Assembly (NCBI GenBank): GCA_051294375.1
Contig: CM119269.1
Location: 7,607,446-7,671,445 of the forward strand
DNA: 64,000 nt
Direction: 5' to 3'
From: Paraspadella gotoi
Taxonomy: Eukaryota; Animalia; Chaetognatha
Numbering within the stretch: position 1 is the stretch's first letter; the number at the start of each line of letters is the position of its first letter. The notes under the pieces were generated by a model, which was given only the letters and a program-made list of their open reading frames with translations, was not told the origin of the DNA and did not search any database. The translations under genes were made by a program, and so were the position numbers. Shown piece after piece: positions 62,001 through 64,000 of this stretch.

Positions 62001-63145
62001 AATTTTTCGTCAAAAGTTGAACTTTTTTTTTATTATACCGCTTCTTTTGCCATCATTCCTTCTATATTATTTTACAGAGATTTTGTAATGAAAATCGCGT
62101 GTTGTGAATTACTATAATAGTGGCTTTATTTTTTTTGTTGAAAATTCTTGTTTATATATAATATTTATTATTGTATCAGTTCTATTTACGAGTAAAAGTT
62201 TCGTTGAGAAAATTCTTTGGGGAAATATGTGATTTTTGACAAATGCAAAATTGGAAAAATTTTTCCTTATTTTTTGGGACTGATAATATTTTCTCCAATT
62301 TTGATTTAAATTTTTTGAAAGGTATGTACGTGACAAAATTTGAAGGACGAATCCAATCTGAAAGTTTTCTCTATGAGTTCATGATCTGAATAGGACCTAC
62401 GTATATTTTACAGGGGTTGTGTAAAGTGTGTCAAAGAATTTGGCGAATCTATTCGCCAAAATACCTACTAAGTTCATCTACACGATATAGCTACTTATTC
62501 ACGCCGCAGACATTTCTACATTTTCAGAAATAGGTGCTCGATTCGAAATACAAAAATTGTCATCTTTTATAAGCTTTAAATTAAATTAATGTTTAATTAC
62601 CTAGACCGATAAGTCTGCTCCTACTACCAGTGTCAAATCTTCGTAACTATTCCTTGCTCCGATTGCCAAAAGCGGAAGCACGAACTCTCGCAAAGTAACT
62701 CGAGGAACGGTGCTATATGAAAAAGCCCGTGAGAGATGGACGCCTCGCTTCCTTTTATTACCGCCGCCGTAATTAGTGAGAGTGCGAATGACGATTAAAG
62801 GAAATGGGGGGAGCAAGGGGATGGGGCAGAGGCGTCTTTCGACGGCGAGATAATTGAGTGCGTGACGCCGTGACGTGGTGCCAGGGAGGAAGAAGAGTAA
62901 TAGGGGGACGGTGGAAAGAAAACTACCTTTTCTTGAAACTGTCGCCTCGAAGTATCGAAGGATTGAATGAGAGCCGTGGCGTGGCCCAAGAAGATGGCGT
63001 AGCAAGAAGCTCCAACCATCATCGAGATAATCGTCAACCAGATCTCCGTCGTGTTCTGCGGAGCGCTCTTCCCGTAACCGATGCAAAGCATGTGCGACAA
63101 GGCCTTGAAAAAGGCCCAAGAGTATTGCTCTAACCAGTAAGCCGT
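49619..63145 (-). CDS. HCN: HCN (Ih) hyperpolarisation-activated cyclic-nucleotide-gated channel, 3' part (5' exons lie beyond the window)
   Basis: Pore cassettes at 63145-62927, 61491-61273 and 60174-60075+59992-59874. C-linker exon 58839-58693 ([27 protein letters not shown]). CNBD exons 58612-58508, 58429-58291, 57971-57877 ([22 protein letters not shown]), 57682-57505. Low-complexity tail exons 56541-55646 and 50488-49619. Splice phases are consistent. Confidence 0.95.
50840..51605. mobile_element. MITE family 1 copy (interior inverted relative to the 10525 copy)
   Basis: Same TIRs and TA flanks. Small insertion in the left TIR. Confidence 0.9.
52143..53400 (+). mobile_element. Nested Helentron-like element with tRNA-like segment, (CT)n and 22-bp tandem repeats
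   Basis: Ends TCGAGCCAG ... CTGGCTCGA TCTTGAGTCTTTTAAGATTTT. - strand A/B-box-like tRNA head at ~52565-52632. (GACTATCATCGCATCAATGAAT)n at ~53116-53300. Confidence 0.5.
53560..54659 (-). mobile_element. DINE-1-like element with (GTCC)n microsatellite and internal tandem repeats
   Basis: - strand TTTTAGTCGGATCTGCTTATCAGCAGATCCCGACTCTATAACTCAC hairpin end. (GGAC)n at 54492-54515. Four copies of (C/T)CATTTAAACT(C/A)ATTTCCACT units. Confidence 0.6.
59874..60174 (-). CDS. HCN: HCN pore cassette C (two exons 60174-60075 and 59992-59874; 100+119=219 nt)
   Basis: [33 protein letters not shown]^[40 protein letters not shown], all splice sites AG/GT. Confidence 0.9.
61273..61491 (-). CDS. HCN: HCN pore cassette B (219 nt)
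   Basis: [79 protein letters not shown] acceptor, GTAGGT donor. Confidence 0.92.
62927..63145 (-). CDS. HCN: HCN pore cassette A (219 nt)
   Basis: [79 protein letters not shown] acceptor, GTAGTT donor. Confidence 0.92.
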
Positions 63146-64000
63146 CTGGGGTTCGAACGAGTAAGAGGAAATGGGTGGGGAAGCGGTTGAGCAAATGCGG
63201 TCGCCGAGGGGAGAGGTTGAGAATCGGTTCCGGGAATTAAAATTGTTGAGATTAGATGAAAATTTGGCTTAACAACTAGGAAATGAGAAGACTCTAATAA
63301 GTGATCACTGATCAGTCATTTTTTAATGCGTTTTTTTTTTTGATTTGTCAAAATGACTGACTTGAAATTCACGCCCGTAAAACGGCGTTTTTGCCGAAAA
63401 TTATTAAAGTTGATTTATTTTGTGAAATTTTAATTTCATTCCATTTCTCTGTAGTCTGTATTTTTTCTCTTTTCGACCTTTTCCAGAACTTCCTGCGCTT
63501 GCTTTTCTTTTTATATTCCCTTCGCCTTCGGAGTCTCTCGTGAGACTTCTCTTTTGACACCTCGACCTATTTCTTGCAACTTGTAATTTTTATTGTCGTC
63601 GTCGACCCCACTCACCAAACGATACTCTTCCTTCCGTAGGGAAGGGAGAGAACCCGGTTACCATGGCACGAAAGTAAGAATTGCGGTTCCTTTGTCCGTC
63701 GTTCAGCCGACGCTGTTCCTTTAGTTTTAACCTTGAACTGCTCTTCGGCGACTACTGACATCTACCGCGAATCCATGCGGAGAGATGGTGGGGCGAAGAA
63801 AAAGTGAACAAAAGATTGATGCTACGATGCCGTTGCTGCGGCAACGGGAATTTAATACTATCGTAAAAATATTATTGTAGTAAAAAGGCCTGTGTTTGGG
63901 GAAAAATAACGGTTAATATCTAACAGAGGGATATCTTTACAAATATTTTAGCGAATTTCTTTTTCTTTAAAATTTCATGTTTTATTTCAGTTCGTGTGGA

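Noticed and set aside
63616-63761. - strand 48-codon ORF ending at a GTGAGT donor upstream of cassette A
   Set aside because: No HCN S5/turret similarity, and its phase (2) does not match the phase-0 cassettes.

Overview
Eukaryotic (invertebrate-animal-like) genomic window with GC-rich exons and short AT-rich GT-AG introns. On the + strand: the probable last exon of an unidentified gene, an insulin receptor substrate (PH+PTB, YxxM motifs), a PP1 glycogen-targeting subunit (RVxF-like + CBM21), a spliced non-coding snoRNA-host segment running into RPS27 (one H/ACA and three C/D snoRNA candidates), TIPIN, PGLS (only 99 nt after the TIPIN stop), an RRBP1/p180-like coiled-coil protein and an intronless vasa/DDX4. 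On the - strand: the 3' half of an HCN (Ih) channel gene. The standout feature is that this HCN gene carries three tandem, intact, in-phase 219-nt versions of the whole pore helix/CIGYG filter/S6 gate module ahead of a single C-linker/CNBD. One version is split by an extra 82-nt intron. This looks like mutually exclusive splicing that swaps the entire pore. Introns also hold a TA-flanked MITE family, DINE-1/Helentron-like elements, SINE-like pieces, a degenerate Penelope-type hammerhead and one assembly gap with a duplicated flank. All exon boundaries were read by eye, and homologies come from recalled motifs, not database searches.
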